64,000 nucleotides of DNA from positions 1 through 64,000 of the IMG/VR virus record IMGVR_UViG_3300021426_000072. One strand, given 5' to 3'. Below are positions 1-10,505 of the stretch, piece after piece; positions within the stretch are counted from its first letter, which is position 1, and each line of letters begins with the position of its first letter. The notes under the pieces were generated by a model, which searched no databases, was not told the DNA's origin, and saw only the letters and a program-made list of their open reading frames with translations. Source of the DNA: a virus (Duplodnaviria > Caudoviricetes). The position numbers and the translations under genes are program-made.

Positions 1-1
1 C

Positions 2-727
2 CGATGAAGCGTCGGAAACTGGAGTGTAATGAGTGGCAGGAGATGTTACTGTTGTATCAGTATTATTATCTGGAATTATAATCGTTGTTGCGCTTCCGAT
101 TGACGGAGTTAGCGTAATAATATGACCATCTTCTGAATCTTGAGTAAGAGTATATGTCGTATTATTATCAGTTGTCTTATAGCCTTTTCCTTCGACAAAC
201 GCAGCAACAGCTTTGGAAGTTGGAAGATTTGTACTTGTAGATTCGTTACTGATGGATGTGTCTACAGCTTTTGCGGCAGCAGCTCCTATTGTCCCTAAAT
301 CTGTAATCTGTGATTTTGTAATCGCAATACTGCCAAATGTAGCGGATATATTCCCGTTTGTTTGTGAAAGCGCTGTAAGTGTTTTGCTTGCACTTGGAGT
401 ACCAATAGTTCCGCCGTTTAAAGCATTAATTGCATTTTGCACAGTTTTTACTGTTGCTGCTTTGTTTGTCAATGCGTTATAAGTTCCGTCAAAAGAATAA
501 GTAACAGGATCTGGAAGCTGCCCGCTAGGAACTTTACCGTCAGAACCAAGGGATGCAACACCGTTAGCAACTCCAACCCGACTGTTATCAACTTTTTCGT
601 CAAGAGCATCTTGAATACCATCAACAACTGTAGCAATGACATCATTTGTAGGATAGTTATTTAATTTTCTTGCAAAATACGCAAGCCCATTGGCGTCTAA
701 AAATTTTTTTGTTTCTATGTTCGGCAT
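2..727 (-). CDS. Tail fibre/adhesin-like protein, runs off the left edge (not in the ORF track)
   Basis: RBS AGGAGG then ATG at 727; open frame to the edge (MPNIETKKFLDANGLAYFARKL...GVASLGSDGKVPSGQLP...DTTVTSPATHYTP); shares motifs with the 638-aa and 2246-aa tail proteins. Confidence 0.75.
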   Translation of the reverse strand, partial: MPNIETKKFLDANGLAYFARKLNNYPTNDVIATVVDGIQDALDEKVDNSRVGVANGVASLGSDGKVPSGQLPDPVTYSFDGTYNALTNKAATVKTVQNAINALNGGTIGTPSASKTLTALSQTNGNISATFGSIAITKSQITDLGTIGAAAAKAVDTSISNESTSTNLPTSKAVAAFVEGKGYKTTDNNTTYTLTQDSEDGHIITLTPSIGSATTIIIPDNNTDTTVTSPATHYTPVSDASS

Positions 728-762
728 TACATATCCCCTCCTTTCTGAAAATAGATGCGCAA

Positions 763-1683
763 TTAAGAGTTGTTATCTGCAACGGCAGCATCAATTTCAC
801 TGTTTGTTAAAGCTTGAATAGATGTATAAACGTTAGATGCATATTGTTTTACGCCATATACACTTATAACAGACGCTGCGTCTTGATCTGTTCCGAGAAC
901 TAAAGCAGCAGCTCCTGCGCTGTCAAAAACAGAAGTGGCAACAAAAGCAGCACTTCCTAACCCGTGAACAGCAACATCTGTGCCATCTACAGAAATAGTT
1001 CCATTTGTAGTACCTTCCTCAATAGAAAGAACGGCATTTGCTCCGTGGGCAATTTGGGATTGTAACTGAGATGTAAGTTTAGAAGAACCAATAGTTCCAT
1101 CTGTGATTGAAGCAGTAACTCTATGTTGAGCATCAATATTGACGACAACCATATCTCCGTTTTGAGATCCAGATGTGACATACTCAATCAAGCTACTCAC
1201 ATTAATGTAAATATCATCATTAGTAGCATTTGCCAGCACAAGATGGAGATATGTTCCAGCAGCGCCCCAAACACCAGAAGTGCCTTTTGTTTCAACTGTA
1301 CCGGATTGCACGACCATATCTTTGGGAATATTAATATCGACTCCAACTTTAGTCCCAGAAGGAGCTTCGCTTGTGTATTTCATTAGTTGGTAAATAGCAG
1401 CATAGTCCCCGCTGTTATTCGCTTTTACAATCGCATACGTGGCACTTTCTCCGCTGGTTTCAACATATAAACCTTTATTTCCTGTAGTCCTAAGCTGCAA
1501 GGCATTGCCAGGTTCTGTTGATATGTTGACTTTAATTTCACTATCGTTTGTAACTAAAACTGAATCGTCTTTAGCAGTAACAGAATCAAGCTTAGAATCG
1601 AAACGTAATTTTATCTTATCCCATAAATGCCCAACGCCAGTTGCATCTAAGAACTTTTTGTTTGTTAAGTTTTCGTAAGCCAT
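763..1683 (-). CDS. Tail fibre-associated structural protein
   Basis: N-terminal KKFLDATGVGHLW, IDIPKDMVVQSG-type segment, VHGLGSAAF, C-terminal ALTNSEIDAAV; tail module context. Confidence 0.65.
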   Translation of the reverse strand: MAYENLTNKKFLDATGVGHLWDKIKLRFDSKLDSVTAKDDSVLVTNDSEIKVNISTEPGNALQLRTTGNKGLYVETSGESATYAIVKANNSGDYAAIYQLMKYTSEAPSGTKVGVDINIPKDMVVQSGTVETKGTSGVWGAAGTYLHLVLANATNDDIYINVSSLIEYVTSGSQNGDMVVVNIDAQHRVTASITDGTIGSSKLTSQLQSQIAHGANAVLSIEEGTTNGTISVDGTDVAVHGLGSAAFVATSVFDSAGAAALVLGTDQDAASVISVYGVKQYASNVYTSIQALTNSEIDAAVADNNS

Positions 1684-1700
1684 TTAAATCTCTCCTTTCC

Positions 1701-1744
1701 AAAAAAATAAAAATGGAAGGACGGGCTGCTATAGCCCGTCCTTC
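1701..1744 (-). terminator. Intrinsic terminator
   Basis: GAAGGACGGGCT / AGCCCGTCCTTC inverted repeat, with a T-tract following on the minus strand. Confidence 0.8.
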
Positions 1745-1749
1745 GTATA

Positions 1750-2019
1750 TTACTGTTGTTCCTTATTTAATTCTTTATATAAATCATTATACTCTTGTTC
1801 AGATACTTCCTGAATTAAAGCATCTTCATATCGATTAACACCAGGAGGAATGCGCTTTAGCCAACTATCTCTGTATATCTTTTCATTAAAAGAGGATTGC
1901 ACAAATTGAGCTTCATCAATATTGCAAACATACATCTTGTTTTTGACAGAATTCCATTTAAGAAATGTAAACCCAACGTTAGTGACTTCGTTGTTTTGAA
2001 TGATTTTGAAAAATATCAT
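1750..2019 (-). CDS. Small hypothetical protein, possible fibre chaperone or accessory
   Basis: ORF directly after the giant tail protein, AAGGAG RBS. Confidence 0.6.
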   Translation of the reverse strand: MIFFKIIQNNEVTNVGFTFLKWNSVKNKMYVCNIDEAQFVQSSFNEKIYRDSWLKRIPPGVNRYEDALIQEVSEQEYNDLYKELNKEQQ

Positions 2020-2031
2020 ACTCAACACTCC

Positions 2032-5000
2032 TTAAATAGCAAACATTACTACAATGCCTCGTTCTTGATAACCATCAGAAGAAATACTTGTTGTTGCAAA
2101 ATTTCCCTCTGGCCCAATGACGTAATGGAAAGAATTAGAGCTTTGCGTTGAAGAATTTGTCCGAATCCAGTAACTTGCCGATCTAACCCACACACCACCT
2201 TGGGCTCCTGTTGCCACAATGTTGTTTGTTGTATCAGATACGTTTCTGCCACCAACAAAATCATGTGTCCTAGCAGTTTCCGCAGAAATATAAACATAAT
2301 AACGAGATGGTGTATCAGATCCTGCATTTGTTTTACCCCAAACGTCAAATTCGTTTACTGTTGTTCCTTCCAGTAAGGTCGGATCATCAACTCCGATTAT
2401 CATTTTCCCTGTCTCTGGAATTTGAACGCCCATAAACTTAACTCTATCTCTGTTTGTTGTAATCCACGGGATTTGATATCCTTCATTTATCATAAGCGAA
2501 TCGGTAGTAGGACCGAGGTCAGCATACGAAGGCGCAAAAATCTTATCGGAAGTTGTAACCAGAACGTTGTAATTATCAGACCCGCCTTTTGTTCTAATAT
2601 ACACTTCTTGAATAACAAATTGCCACTCATAAGGAAGCGCATTATAGAATCTCGAATTCAAGAAAGATCTGAGTTTCGAGTTTGTCCAGCCACCTTCTGT
2701 TGTGCTTTCATTCTCCGACGCTTGATACATTTCATAGTATTGAGAAAGTGCACTCTTTGAAATGAACGAAGCAGAATCTTTTGTTCCTGTTCCATCCGTC
2801 TTCGTATATAATCCTGCTCCTCGATATTGCATTTTGATAGACTCATGAGGCCAGCAAACAAGCTCTTTTATAATTTTTTCACCAAGGTCGTCGTGCCAAA
2901 TTTTACACCAATGAATCCATCCTTTTGCTGCTTCATCAAAACCACTTGTTCCTACAGCAATTCCACCAAAAGAGAGAACTGCATCGGAAATGGTGTTTTG
3001 GAGGCGAGGTACTTCAGAATAAAGTATTGTAGGATTATATCCGGCATACCGTTCAGTTTGCCATGTTCCTTGCGCTGTATCATCAGAATTATACCCGTTA
3101 AAAATAACAATGTAACGACCACCATTGTCTGAAGACACAATAAGATTTTTTGATCCTTTGCGATGTTTGATAACAAGAATGCCTTTATTCCGACCATAAG
3201 ATATAATTTCATCCCTGTTTCCCCATTGAATTTTAATGCATTCGTTTTGGGAAGGAGATGCAGAACCCGGATTGGAATAATATACTTTAAACCCTTCTGC
3301 TCCATTTTGATCATAACAACTAATGAGCGTAGCATCTCTCTGGTTATTATTAAACTCATAACTCACAGCAAGAGTAAACGTATCTGCATTTTCATCAAAC
3401 AACTTAATATCATTACGTCTGACAATTGAGGTACCATCAAAATATCTATTCTGAAGCAAGACTGAAGAAGAAACATTGGTAAAGGTAAAATCTTTACCAA
3501 GAGGAATGTCAACCTCATCTTCTTCGGAAAAATATGTTGATGCTTTATTTTGTCTTGCAACCGCATAAATTTCCGCAATAGACATTTGATTTAATTTCGT
3601 GTTCACAGGAGGCAGTTGAGCTCTATCCCAGACTGCATAAACATCAAGGTCTGAAGTTACAAATCCAGTAGATTTGTCCCATCCTTTAAACACTTTGTAG
3701 TATCCTGCTGATTCTTCATCAGCTAACGTGGGGAATCCAATAGTACCGGATTCGTCATAAACGGCTTCTGCTCCATATTCAATATTGTTCTTTATATCAT
3801 ATAAACTTCCGCCAACTTTATCATACCAGCGGACAGTATACGTTATAATTTCAGATGAATATTCAGCAGTAACATTTTTGTCTGAATCAACAGCCCCTGT
3901 CAATCCATTCCATCCTGTAAATGTATATCTGTATTGTCCGACAGGATCAATATAAACAGGAGTGTTAATTTCACCAGCAAGAATAGGATCATAAGCTTCG
4001 CCGTTTAAATCGATATACTGAATATAATCATTATTTTGTTTGTCTTTGATGCGAGTCCCATCCATGTTAAAGAAGTTAACAGCATAGTAGGGAACAAGAG
4101 ACTGATAATGAATGGAAAGATTTCCATAGCTCCAAACCCTGTTGATTTCATCAAGATGATCGTCAACAGAGCCAGATCCCCAAACATTATTAATTGCTTC
4201 AAGTTTTTTCTTTGACATGGTGGTAACAGAAATAATACCTGTAACAACTGGCGCATTCTGTTCTTGTCCTAATGCGTTGTAACCTTTCCATGTGCTTGCA
4301 ATCTTGCTAAGTGCGTCAAGGTTATCGAATGACCAGTTTATTCCAATCGCTCTGATACGTTTCGTAGCTTGATTTGAAGCATTTACTGTTTGAACCAAAT
4401 ACGTAGCAATTGCATTTGACACGGTAGCGTTACAGTTTTCAATCTGGACAGATACAAGATTTTGCCCGCCTTCCATCGTGAAAGTATTCACTTTGTTCAA
4501 GTTGTGAGCATAAATACCAGTACAAGCATTCAACTGAACACTCTCCAATGGTGCAAAGGATGGCAATGTCACATAACCAGTCTGAGTATTTCTTGTATCG
4601 ATTGTTTTCAGCTCAACGTTTGCAGACACATCCAAAGAGTCAGAGAAGTTGGGCATGTTTCGAATTGAAAGGCTTTGCAGTAAAACCGAAGGAATATTCA
4701 AACCTGTTCCAGAAGGCCAGTCGTTATTAACACTTTCTCCGCCAAGATTTACTTCCATTAATTTGGATGCACCCGGAGCAGCAAACGTGCTATTTTGAGT
4801 TTCATTCAAAGGTCTAATATACTGAATTAATTTATCTGGAGTCACATACAACGTAGTGTTATTACCCACAGAAACATTATTAAATACAGTAACTTCACCT
4901 GCTTGAACTTTCTGACTTGCCACTCTTGTTGAGTCTTTAATAAACGTCATATACGTTTTAGCATAAGCTTTAACTGAGAATGTTTTTGTACCTTCTGCTC

Positions 5001-8000
5001 CATTTGTACGGAAAGTAGTTGCGTTTGTTGTATTGTAATATCCATACTTACCGTCCATGTATGAAGTTTGATAGGTTAAAAACTGTTTGCGCCAATAAGT
5101 TTTGGAGCCTTGTAAACGTGGAAGATACGAATCATCATATTGAGCATCTGCGCTTATAATTGTTTTATATGGCTTAATATACTTATTATAAGCATCAATA
5201 ATCATTGCTGCATGAGGTCGTTTACTTTGATAAGTATCCCATTTCTCTAAGATCGCATTTGAATCCCACGCACCCTGACTTCTTAATGAAATATACATTC
5301 TTGACAGCTCGTTGTAGTAAGCAGCCTGAATGTTTTTATAAATCGTATTCGTAACAGCATTAAAGTACTGTCTTCCTGACGGGGTTCCATCTACAGTATC
5401 GCCATAGTCAATGCCGTAATCACCAAAAGGCTTACCGTCATTGTCTGCTGCGAGAATGGTGTCCATGTCATAAGCAGCTTTTACGTTCCATAAATATCTT
5501 TCTTCTGTTTCATCCCAGTCATATGAATAGAAAGTATTTTTACTAACATTATCATATGCTTCAAAGAATTCGAGCATCAAAAAATGGTAAAGCAAAGAGT
5601 CTATTGCAAAATATTGGTGAACTTCATTTTTGAATTTTGTAGGATTCCCAATTGTAGAAACAACCCAAGCAACAGCGTTATCCCAAGAAGTAACAACTTC
5701 GCTAAGATTGGCATTACTAGGATTCATACGCCATTCAAAATGTTTTACTTTTTTATACTCTCCTTGGCCTGCGTCCCATTCTTCTGTTTCCCAACGCCCC
5801 TTACCGTCATCAGCGTTTGGGTTAAACGTAGCTGCCGTGCTTCTGAATCGTTCTGGTTCAGTATCGTTACCAGAAACTTCGATACATGCTTTTGTGGGAT
5901 GTTCTCCAGAGCCGTCCTGACCAAACACAGCTTTATTCTTTTTACTGTTGCAAATATCACCCATAGCATACAGAACAGTTTCATTCGGCTCAACTAAAAG
6001 AGAGCTGAACCAAACAGGAACGTTGTTTGTGTTTGTAAAGAAAACAGCACAAGGTTTGCCTTCGATAACGTCCCGAACACCTGCTGTAGCCCTAGAAGGA
6101 GTAACATAAGGCTGGTATGTATTATACCAGTCAACTGCATTCACGTTGTTTGCGTTTTCAGAAGAAGCAACGTTTACTTTGATGTTCAAATAGTTTACGG
6201 GAATGGACGACTCAGATATTTTATATTTTTTTCCAGTTCCTTTAAAATCAATATCTAAGTTATAAGAAGAACGTCCATAAGCAGCGGAAGAAGTGCCTTG
6301 CACTTTAAACACTGTACCGTCTTCTGTTTCTGGCCCACTGGCAGCAGAAAGTTCAAGAATTGTAGATCCATCTTGAATGGTAATGTCCGCAGGCACGGGA
6401 TCTTCTTTGCTGGTTGTCATGCGAGGCGCAAAGATCTGGACAATAGTCAAGGTTGGCGCAGCTAAATGTAAAGCTTCGACAGAAATTCTGTCTGAAGAAT
6501 CAACAATAGTATTTGTTGAATATCTACGCACTTTTTCTTGCGTTGTATTTCCACATGAAACATAATTCTGGATCATTTGCTGTGTCGTTAATTGAGCATT
6601 GTATACTCGAATTCCATAGACCCAGACATCACAATGTTCAGAACCGATTAACAGAGCGTTTTCGTCCTGAACAAGAATCCCGGAAGAAGCATATTTGTTT
6701 ACATTAGCCGGAATTCCGTCAAGCCACACAGTAGCCACTCTTTGTGCGGTTGCTTTTTCTACAAGAACGGAAAGATCAACTCGACTTTCTTCACAATAAC
6801 GGAACTCCTGACCAGCAGCATTATTTAATCTCAATTCGCCATTATTCGCTTTTAATATAATGCCTCTGGTAGAACCGTCATTAAGTTCTTGCATTGCAAC
6901 AGCGTCATATTGATCGCTGTTGCGAACTGCAAAAGATATATCAATCGTTTTGCCGTTAGAATCTTCATCTTGGAATAAGCAACGAGGAAGTAAAGCTGTG
7001 TTTCCTTTCTTCACCACAAAAGCTGGAGCTCCGTTTCTGTCTGTTCTGAAACCGCCATTTTCCCAGTCGAAATTAGTGCTCAAAGTAAGATCAGCAAAAC
7101 TATCCCTGTCAACATCTGTATTGCTATGTCCTATAGGATCAAGAACATACACAAGACTATCGTCTGTATAATAATTGATGTTGTAATCAACTTGCGCTGC
7201 AATAATCTGCATATTTGCAACTGAAGACTCACAAGTAAGCGCCACGTTATATGTTTTGCTTACAAGAGGAGAGAATTGATATGTTCTCAAAGTTCTGTTT
7301 GCAGTAATAGAAACAGGATTTTCTTGATCTATTTGAATCGTTGCGCTAGCTACTTCATTATTTGGATCAAAAACGAAATAATTAATGTCAACTAAGTCAA
7401 ACTGATTGCATGAAATTGTCGGTTTTGCAAATGCAACAATAGGAGAACTTACTCCCGTTCCCCAGATAAGCGTATAAGAAATATCGTTTGCTGTATCCTC
7501 GGGATTATCCGCAGACACCATGCTTGCGCTTATGTAGTTAATACCGCTTGTAAAGTACGTTTTATCCAAAAGAACTGTTAACGTCAGACTTCCTGTTACT
7601 GTTCTTGTTTCAGTATGTGTGCCAGAGCCGGAAGTAACAGCTACAGATACAATGTTTGTGCTATTCGCCTCAGCAGAAACTTCAATCGGAACATATACAT
7701 TTGTATTGGAGTTGTTCAGCATGATAGCATCAATAGAACTTCCCCAAGCAAGACTGAACGCAACGCACTCCACCGTCCATTTGCGAGTTAACGAAGCTCC
7801 TCCGACAGAAGTGATTCGTGCTTCTACAGTATTTCTTGCAGAACCGTTTAAACGAGCTTGTGCATTAAACGTAAATGTTGTACCGCTTTCACCCGTTTGG
7901 TTTGCAGCTTCTTTATTGTTCACATACCAAGCAACAGAGATGTCTGTTGCATCTGAAGAGGTAGCAACAAAACTAAAAATAGCTTGTTCGCCATTCCGAA

Positions 8001-8772
8001 TTGTAGTTGGTCTAACAACTCCAGTTAAAGCAATTGTAGAAGCGGAACCGCCACCGCCACCACCAGATGGGAGTAAAACAGGAGTAAACACATCGTTTGA
8101 AAGGACAGTGTCGCCCTTTTTCAAATACAAATAGTTGTTTTCATCAACTACTGCTCCGTCAAAATCAAGGCCTGTGCTAATGGTGTCAGTATGATTATTA
8201 TCATACCGAACATTGATTCCGCCTTCATCTTCTGTAATTTCTCGAACAAAATTACCGAAGTTGTTAAAGTTATCGTTTAATGTTGATACTGTTTCGCTTA
8301 ACCCACTAACATCAGAACTTGAAGCAGCTCCAATATTCGTTCTTGCTTGAGTTTTCTCTTCTCCTGTGAGAGTCTGTTGAGTATACAACACAGCCCCATT
8401 AGGAATAGCTGAAGAAGATGCTGCTCCGATATTTTGACGAGCTTGTTCTTTTTGACTATCTGTTAAATTTTGCGCAGTATACTTTACAGCATCGGGAGTG
8501 GAAGTGCTTACGTATTTTTCACCAGCAGAATCCCAACGATATAAAATATTCTGTGATAAATCAAGATATAATTTAGATGCGACTCCGGTTTGAGGAAATG
8601 CGCTGGTTGTTGCACATTCTATTACGTCATGCACAGAATTCGGAAGTTGCGATTCGGTTAAATGACCATCTGCATCAAGCTTTGCCGGATTGTTAGCCGT
8701 ACCATATGTGTTTTCAAGGTTCGTTTTAAACCGTTGAAGATTATCTTTTGAAATGAGTGACAACTTGCTCAT
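2032..8772 (-). CDS. Giant multidomain virion protein: Ig/lectin-like, CotH kinase-like, LRR-like, Listeria-Bacteroides-type repeats, DUF6273-like C-terminus
   Basis: QGTSSAAY...DNVSKN...YDMDTILAADNDG (CotH-like); YTVRWYD...FKGWDKS repeats; GGWTNSKLRSFLN...DKIFAPS...YWIRT. Confidence 0.7.
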   Translation of the reverse strand: MSKLSLISKDNLQRFKTNLENTYGTANNPAKLDADGHLTESQLPNSVHDVIECATTSAFPQTGVASKLYLDLSQNILYRWDSAGEKYVSTSTPDAVKYTAQNLTDSQKEQARQNIGAASSSAIPNGAVLYTQQTLTGEEKTQARTNIGAASSSDVSGLSETVSTLNDNFNNFGNFVREITEDEGGINVRYDNNHTDTISTGLDFDGAVVDENNYLYLKKGDTVLSNDVFTPVLLPSGGGGGGSASTIALTGVVRPTTIRNGEQAIFSFVATSSDATDISVAWYVNNKEAANQTGESGTTFTFNAQARLNGSARNTVEARITSVGGASLTRKWTVECVAFSLAWGSSIDAIMLNNSNTNVYVPIEVSAEANSTNIVSVAVTSGSGTHTETRTVTGSLTLTVLLDKTYFTSGINYISASMVSADNPEDTANDISYTLIWGTGVSSPIVAFAKPTISCNQFDLVDINYFVFDPNNEVASATIQIDQENPVSITANRTLRTYQFSPLVSKTYNVALTCESSVANMQIIAAQVDYNINYYTDDSLVYVLDPIGHSNTDVDRDSFADLTLSTNFDWENGGFRTDRNGAPAFVVKKGNTALLPRCLFQDEDSNGKTIDISFAVRNSDQYDAVAMQELNDGSTRGIILKANNGELRLNNAAGQEFRYCEESRVDLSVLVEKATAQRVATVWLDGIPANVNKYASSGILVQDENALLIGSEHCDVWVYGIRVYNAQLTTQQMIQNYVSCGNTTQEKVRRYSTNTIVDSSDRISVEALHLAAPTLTIVQIFAPRMTTSKEDPVPADITIQDGSTILELSAASGPETEDGTVFKVQGTSSAAYGRSSYNLDIDFKGTGKKYKISESSIPVNYLNIKVNVASSENANNVNAVDWYNTYQPYVTPSRATAGVRDVIEGKPCAVFFTNTNNVPVWFSSLLVEPNETVLYAMGDICNSKKNKAVFGQDGSGEHPTKACIEVSGNDTEPERFRSTAATFNPNADDGKGRWETEEWDAGQGEYKKVKHFEWRMNPSNANLSEVVTSWDNAVAWVVSTIGNPTKFKNEVHQYFAIDSLLYHFLMLEFFEAYDNVSKNTFYSYDWDETEERYLWNVKAAYDMDTILAADNDGKPFGDYGIDYGDTVDGTPSGRQYFNAVTNTIYKNIQAAYYNELSRMYISLRSQGAWDSNAILEKWDTYQSKRPHAAMIIDAYNKYIKPYKTIISADAQYDDSYLPRLQGSKTYWRKQFLTYQTSYMDGKYGYYNTTNATTFRTNGAEGTKTFSVKAYAKTYMTFIKDSTRVASQKVQAGEVTVFNNVSVGNNTTLYVTPDKLIQYIRPLNETQNSTFAAPGASKLMEVNLGGESVNNDWPSGTGLNIPSVLLQSLSIRNMPNFSDSLDVSANVELKTIDTRNTQTGYVTLPSFAPLESVQLNACTGIYAHNLNKVNTFTMEGGQNLVSVQIENCNATVSNAIATYLVQTVNASNQATKRIRAIGINWSFDNLDALSKIASTWKGYNALGQEQNAPVVTGIISVTTMSKKKLEAINNVWGSGSVDDHLDEINRVWSYGNLSIHYQSLVPYYAVNFFNMDGTRIKDKQNNDYIQYIDLNGEAYDPILAGEINTPVYIDPVGQYRYTFTGWNGLTGAVDSDKNVTAEYSSEIITYTVRWYDKVGGSLYDIKNNIEYGAEAVYDESGTIGFPTLADEESAGYYKVFKGWDKSTGFVTSDLDVYAVWDRAQLPPVNTKLNQMSIAEIYAVARQNKASTYFSEEDEVDIPLGKDFTFTNVSSSVLLQNRYFDGTSIVRRNDIKLFDENADTFTLAVSYEFNNNQRDATLISCYDQNGAEGFKVYYSNPGSASPSQNECIKIQWGNRDEIISYGRNKGILVIKHRKGSKNLIVSSDNGGRYIVIFNGYNSDDTAQGTWQTERYAGYNPTILYSEVPRLQNTISDAVLSFGGIAVGTSGFDEAAKGWIHWCKIWHDDLGEKIIKELVCWPHESIKMQYRGAGLYTKTDGTGTKDSASFISKSALSQYYEMYQASENESTTEGGWTNSKLRSFLNSRFYNALPYEWQFVIQEVYIRTKGGSDNYNVLVTTSDKIFAPSYADLGPTTDSLMINEGYQIPWITTNRDRVKFMGVQIPETGKMIIGVDDPTLLEGTTVNEFDVWGKTNAGSDTPSRYYVYISAETARTHDFVGGRNVSDTTNNIVATGAQGGVWVRSASYWIRTNSSTQSSNSFHYVIGPEGNFATTSISSDGYQERGIVVMFAI

Positions 8773-8781
8773 CCCCCTTTC

Positions 8782-9513
8782 TTATAAAATATTAAACATA
8801 GCGTCAATTTCAGCATTGGTTGCTGTTTCAGGAGTAAGATTATCTACATACTGTTTAATTGTTTGATCTGCAACGTCATCTATTTTAATAGTACTTCCAT
8901 ATAAAACAACATTTCCAGTTAAGGTGTTTACGCTTGAAACAGGAGGAGCAGGAATATTAGCAATGCTGTTATCTATATATGTTTTAATTGTTTGATTTGA
9001 ACTTGAATTAATTTTAACGTTATCTCCATTTATTACAACAGCTCCAGTCGAGCCATTAACGCTTGTGACACCTCCATCATCGCCCATATAAGAGACAGAA
9101 TAGTATGGGGATGCGGTACTTCCATCATACCACGTAATAATATATTTGCTCCATACATATTTACCTGCTTGTGGATCTGGAGTGCTAGTCCATCCACTTG
9201 ATGCATTAGGAGGATTTGTTCCGTCTGTTGACGTTTGATATGTAACACTAATTGAAGCTCCTCTTTGCTGAGAAGCGAGCCGAGCGACATCCTGAACCCA
9301 TTGCGTAGCAGTTCCTTGATAATCACCTACAGATTGAGCTAAAGCATATAAAGAAACAGAGCCCAAGTTTACAATATTGCCATTGGCATACTGGGCATAC
9401 AAGCATCCTGTTTCTCCTTCGTTGCCATCTCCAATCCAAACTCTTGTAACTCCCTGAACAATAGGCAAAAATTCGTTGAACACGGGCTGAAATTCAAATT
9501 CTCCGTTGGGCAC
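8782..9513 (-). CDS. Tail fibre/baseplate adaptor protein
   Basis: TYQTSTDGTNPP...GKYVWSK motif, two VTSVNG.TG.VV repeats, C-terminal TATNAEIDAMF. Confidence 0.65.
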   Translation of the reverse strand: MPNGEFEFQPVFNEFLPIVQGVTRVWIGDGNEGETGCLYAQYANGNIVNLGSVSLYALAQSVGDYQGTATQWVQDVARLASQQRGASISVTYQTSTDGTNPPNASSGWTSTPDPQAGKYVWSKYIITWYDGSTASPYYSVSYMGDDGGVTSVNGSTGAVVINGDNVKINSSSNQTIKTYIDNSIANIPAPPVSSVNTLTGNVVLYGSTIKIDDVADQTIKQYVDNLTPETATNAEIDAMFNIL

Positions 9514-9834
9514 TTAGTCCACCCTCTCTCTTATGTACTGAGTGCCAGCTTCACATTTAATTTTTCTGCTTGCACATCTTGTACCGTCATTCATAATAAC
9601 ATTCAGTTGAATATAACATTGTGCGTCATTTGCAAATAATAAAGATTCTTCCTGTGTAAAATTAACAATAGCAAGAGTTCCCCCGTCATCTGGGCTAAAA
9701 CTGTCTACATTGCGTTGTAAAACTGTATGGTCGTTTTGATAATAACAAACAACTATTCTTGTTATATCTGAAACAACAAAAGGAATCTTAAATCTATGCA
9801 TTATAGTTTCACCAGGAATAAACAATGCAATCAC
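9514..9834 (-). CDS. BppU N-terminal-like small baseplate protein
   Basis: FTQEESLLF...YIQLNV...GTRCAS pattern; tail context. Confidence 0.5.
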   Translation of the reverse strand: MIALFIPGETIMHRFKIPFVVSDITRIVVCYYQNDHTVLQRNVDSFSPDDGGTLAIVNFTQEESLLFANDAQCYIQLNVIMNDGTRCASRKIKCEAGTQYIRERVD

Positions 9835-9869
9835 TTCCTCTCATAATATATTAAATTGATGTTGATTGC

Positions 9870-10115
9870 TTAAGACCTGCATATTGCATCGATTTCTGCA
9901 ATAGTTAATGGAGCAAGAGGAATATCTCCAAGACCAAGTTCTTTAAAAGAAACATCACCAAGCAGTTCAACACCATTGATTGATGGCTTATTTATAAGAT
10001 CTTCATAATCTCCACTATCACCGCCTCCACCCCCGCCATTTCTTGCAACAGGAGTGGAGAGGGTGAGCGTGTGGTCATTAGAACTGCGTACAAGATGTAT
10101 CTCTAGAGATTCCAT
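9870..10115 (-). CDS. Small fibre linker protein
   Basis: RBS AAGGAGG then ATG 10115; DYEDLINKPSINGVELLG motif; ends PLTIAEIDAIC. Confidence 0.6.
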   Translation of the reverse strand: MESLEIHLVRSSNDHTLTLSTPVARNGGGGGGDSGDYEDLINKPSINGVELLGDVSFKELGLGDIPLAPLTIAEIDAICRS

Positions 10116-10131
10116 GCGCTCACCCTCCTTT

Positions 10132-10473
10132 TCACTCGTTTTCAGCGTAAGTAACCTCTTCCGTGATAATGAAGTCCCCAACAAATGTTTCTTTTATTTC
10201 GTTTTCGTATTCGAGTTGAACATCGAATTTATAATTACCATAAGCTAGTTCATTCGTGTCTTCAGGTTCAATTCTTAATTGGTAATCACCATGATCTAAT
10301 TTGACAATTTCATTATTTGTTAGTTTTTTTTGAAATAAAAAAGGCTTATCCCGAGTTGTTTTCTTAACTGTAAAATAGATTTCTGAAAAATCAACTCGCG
10401 TTGTTTTGTGATCCGGATCTTCTATTACAAACCGAACCAGCCTTATATCACCTCTTGGCATTCGGATCATCAT
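10132..10473 (-). CDS. BppU N-terminal-like baseplate protein
   Basis: RGD...YFTVKK...IEPEDT...YKFDVQL...F.ITEEVT pattern. Confidence 0.55.
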   Translation of the reverse strand: MMIRMPRGDIRLVRFVIEDPDHKTTRVDFSEIYFTVKKTTRDKPFLFQKKLTNNEIVKLDHGDYQLRIEPEDTNELAYGNYKFDVQLEYENEIKETFVGDFIITEEVTYAENE

Positions 10474-10505
10474 CTGGTTCAGCCCCCTTTACTGTATGAA
10501 TGCCG

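Noticed and set aside
2032-2720. DGR target in the DUF6273-like C-terminus
   Set aside because: No template repeat or reverse transcriptase seen in this window; cannot be excluded elsewhere in the genome
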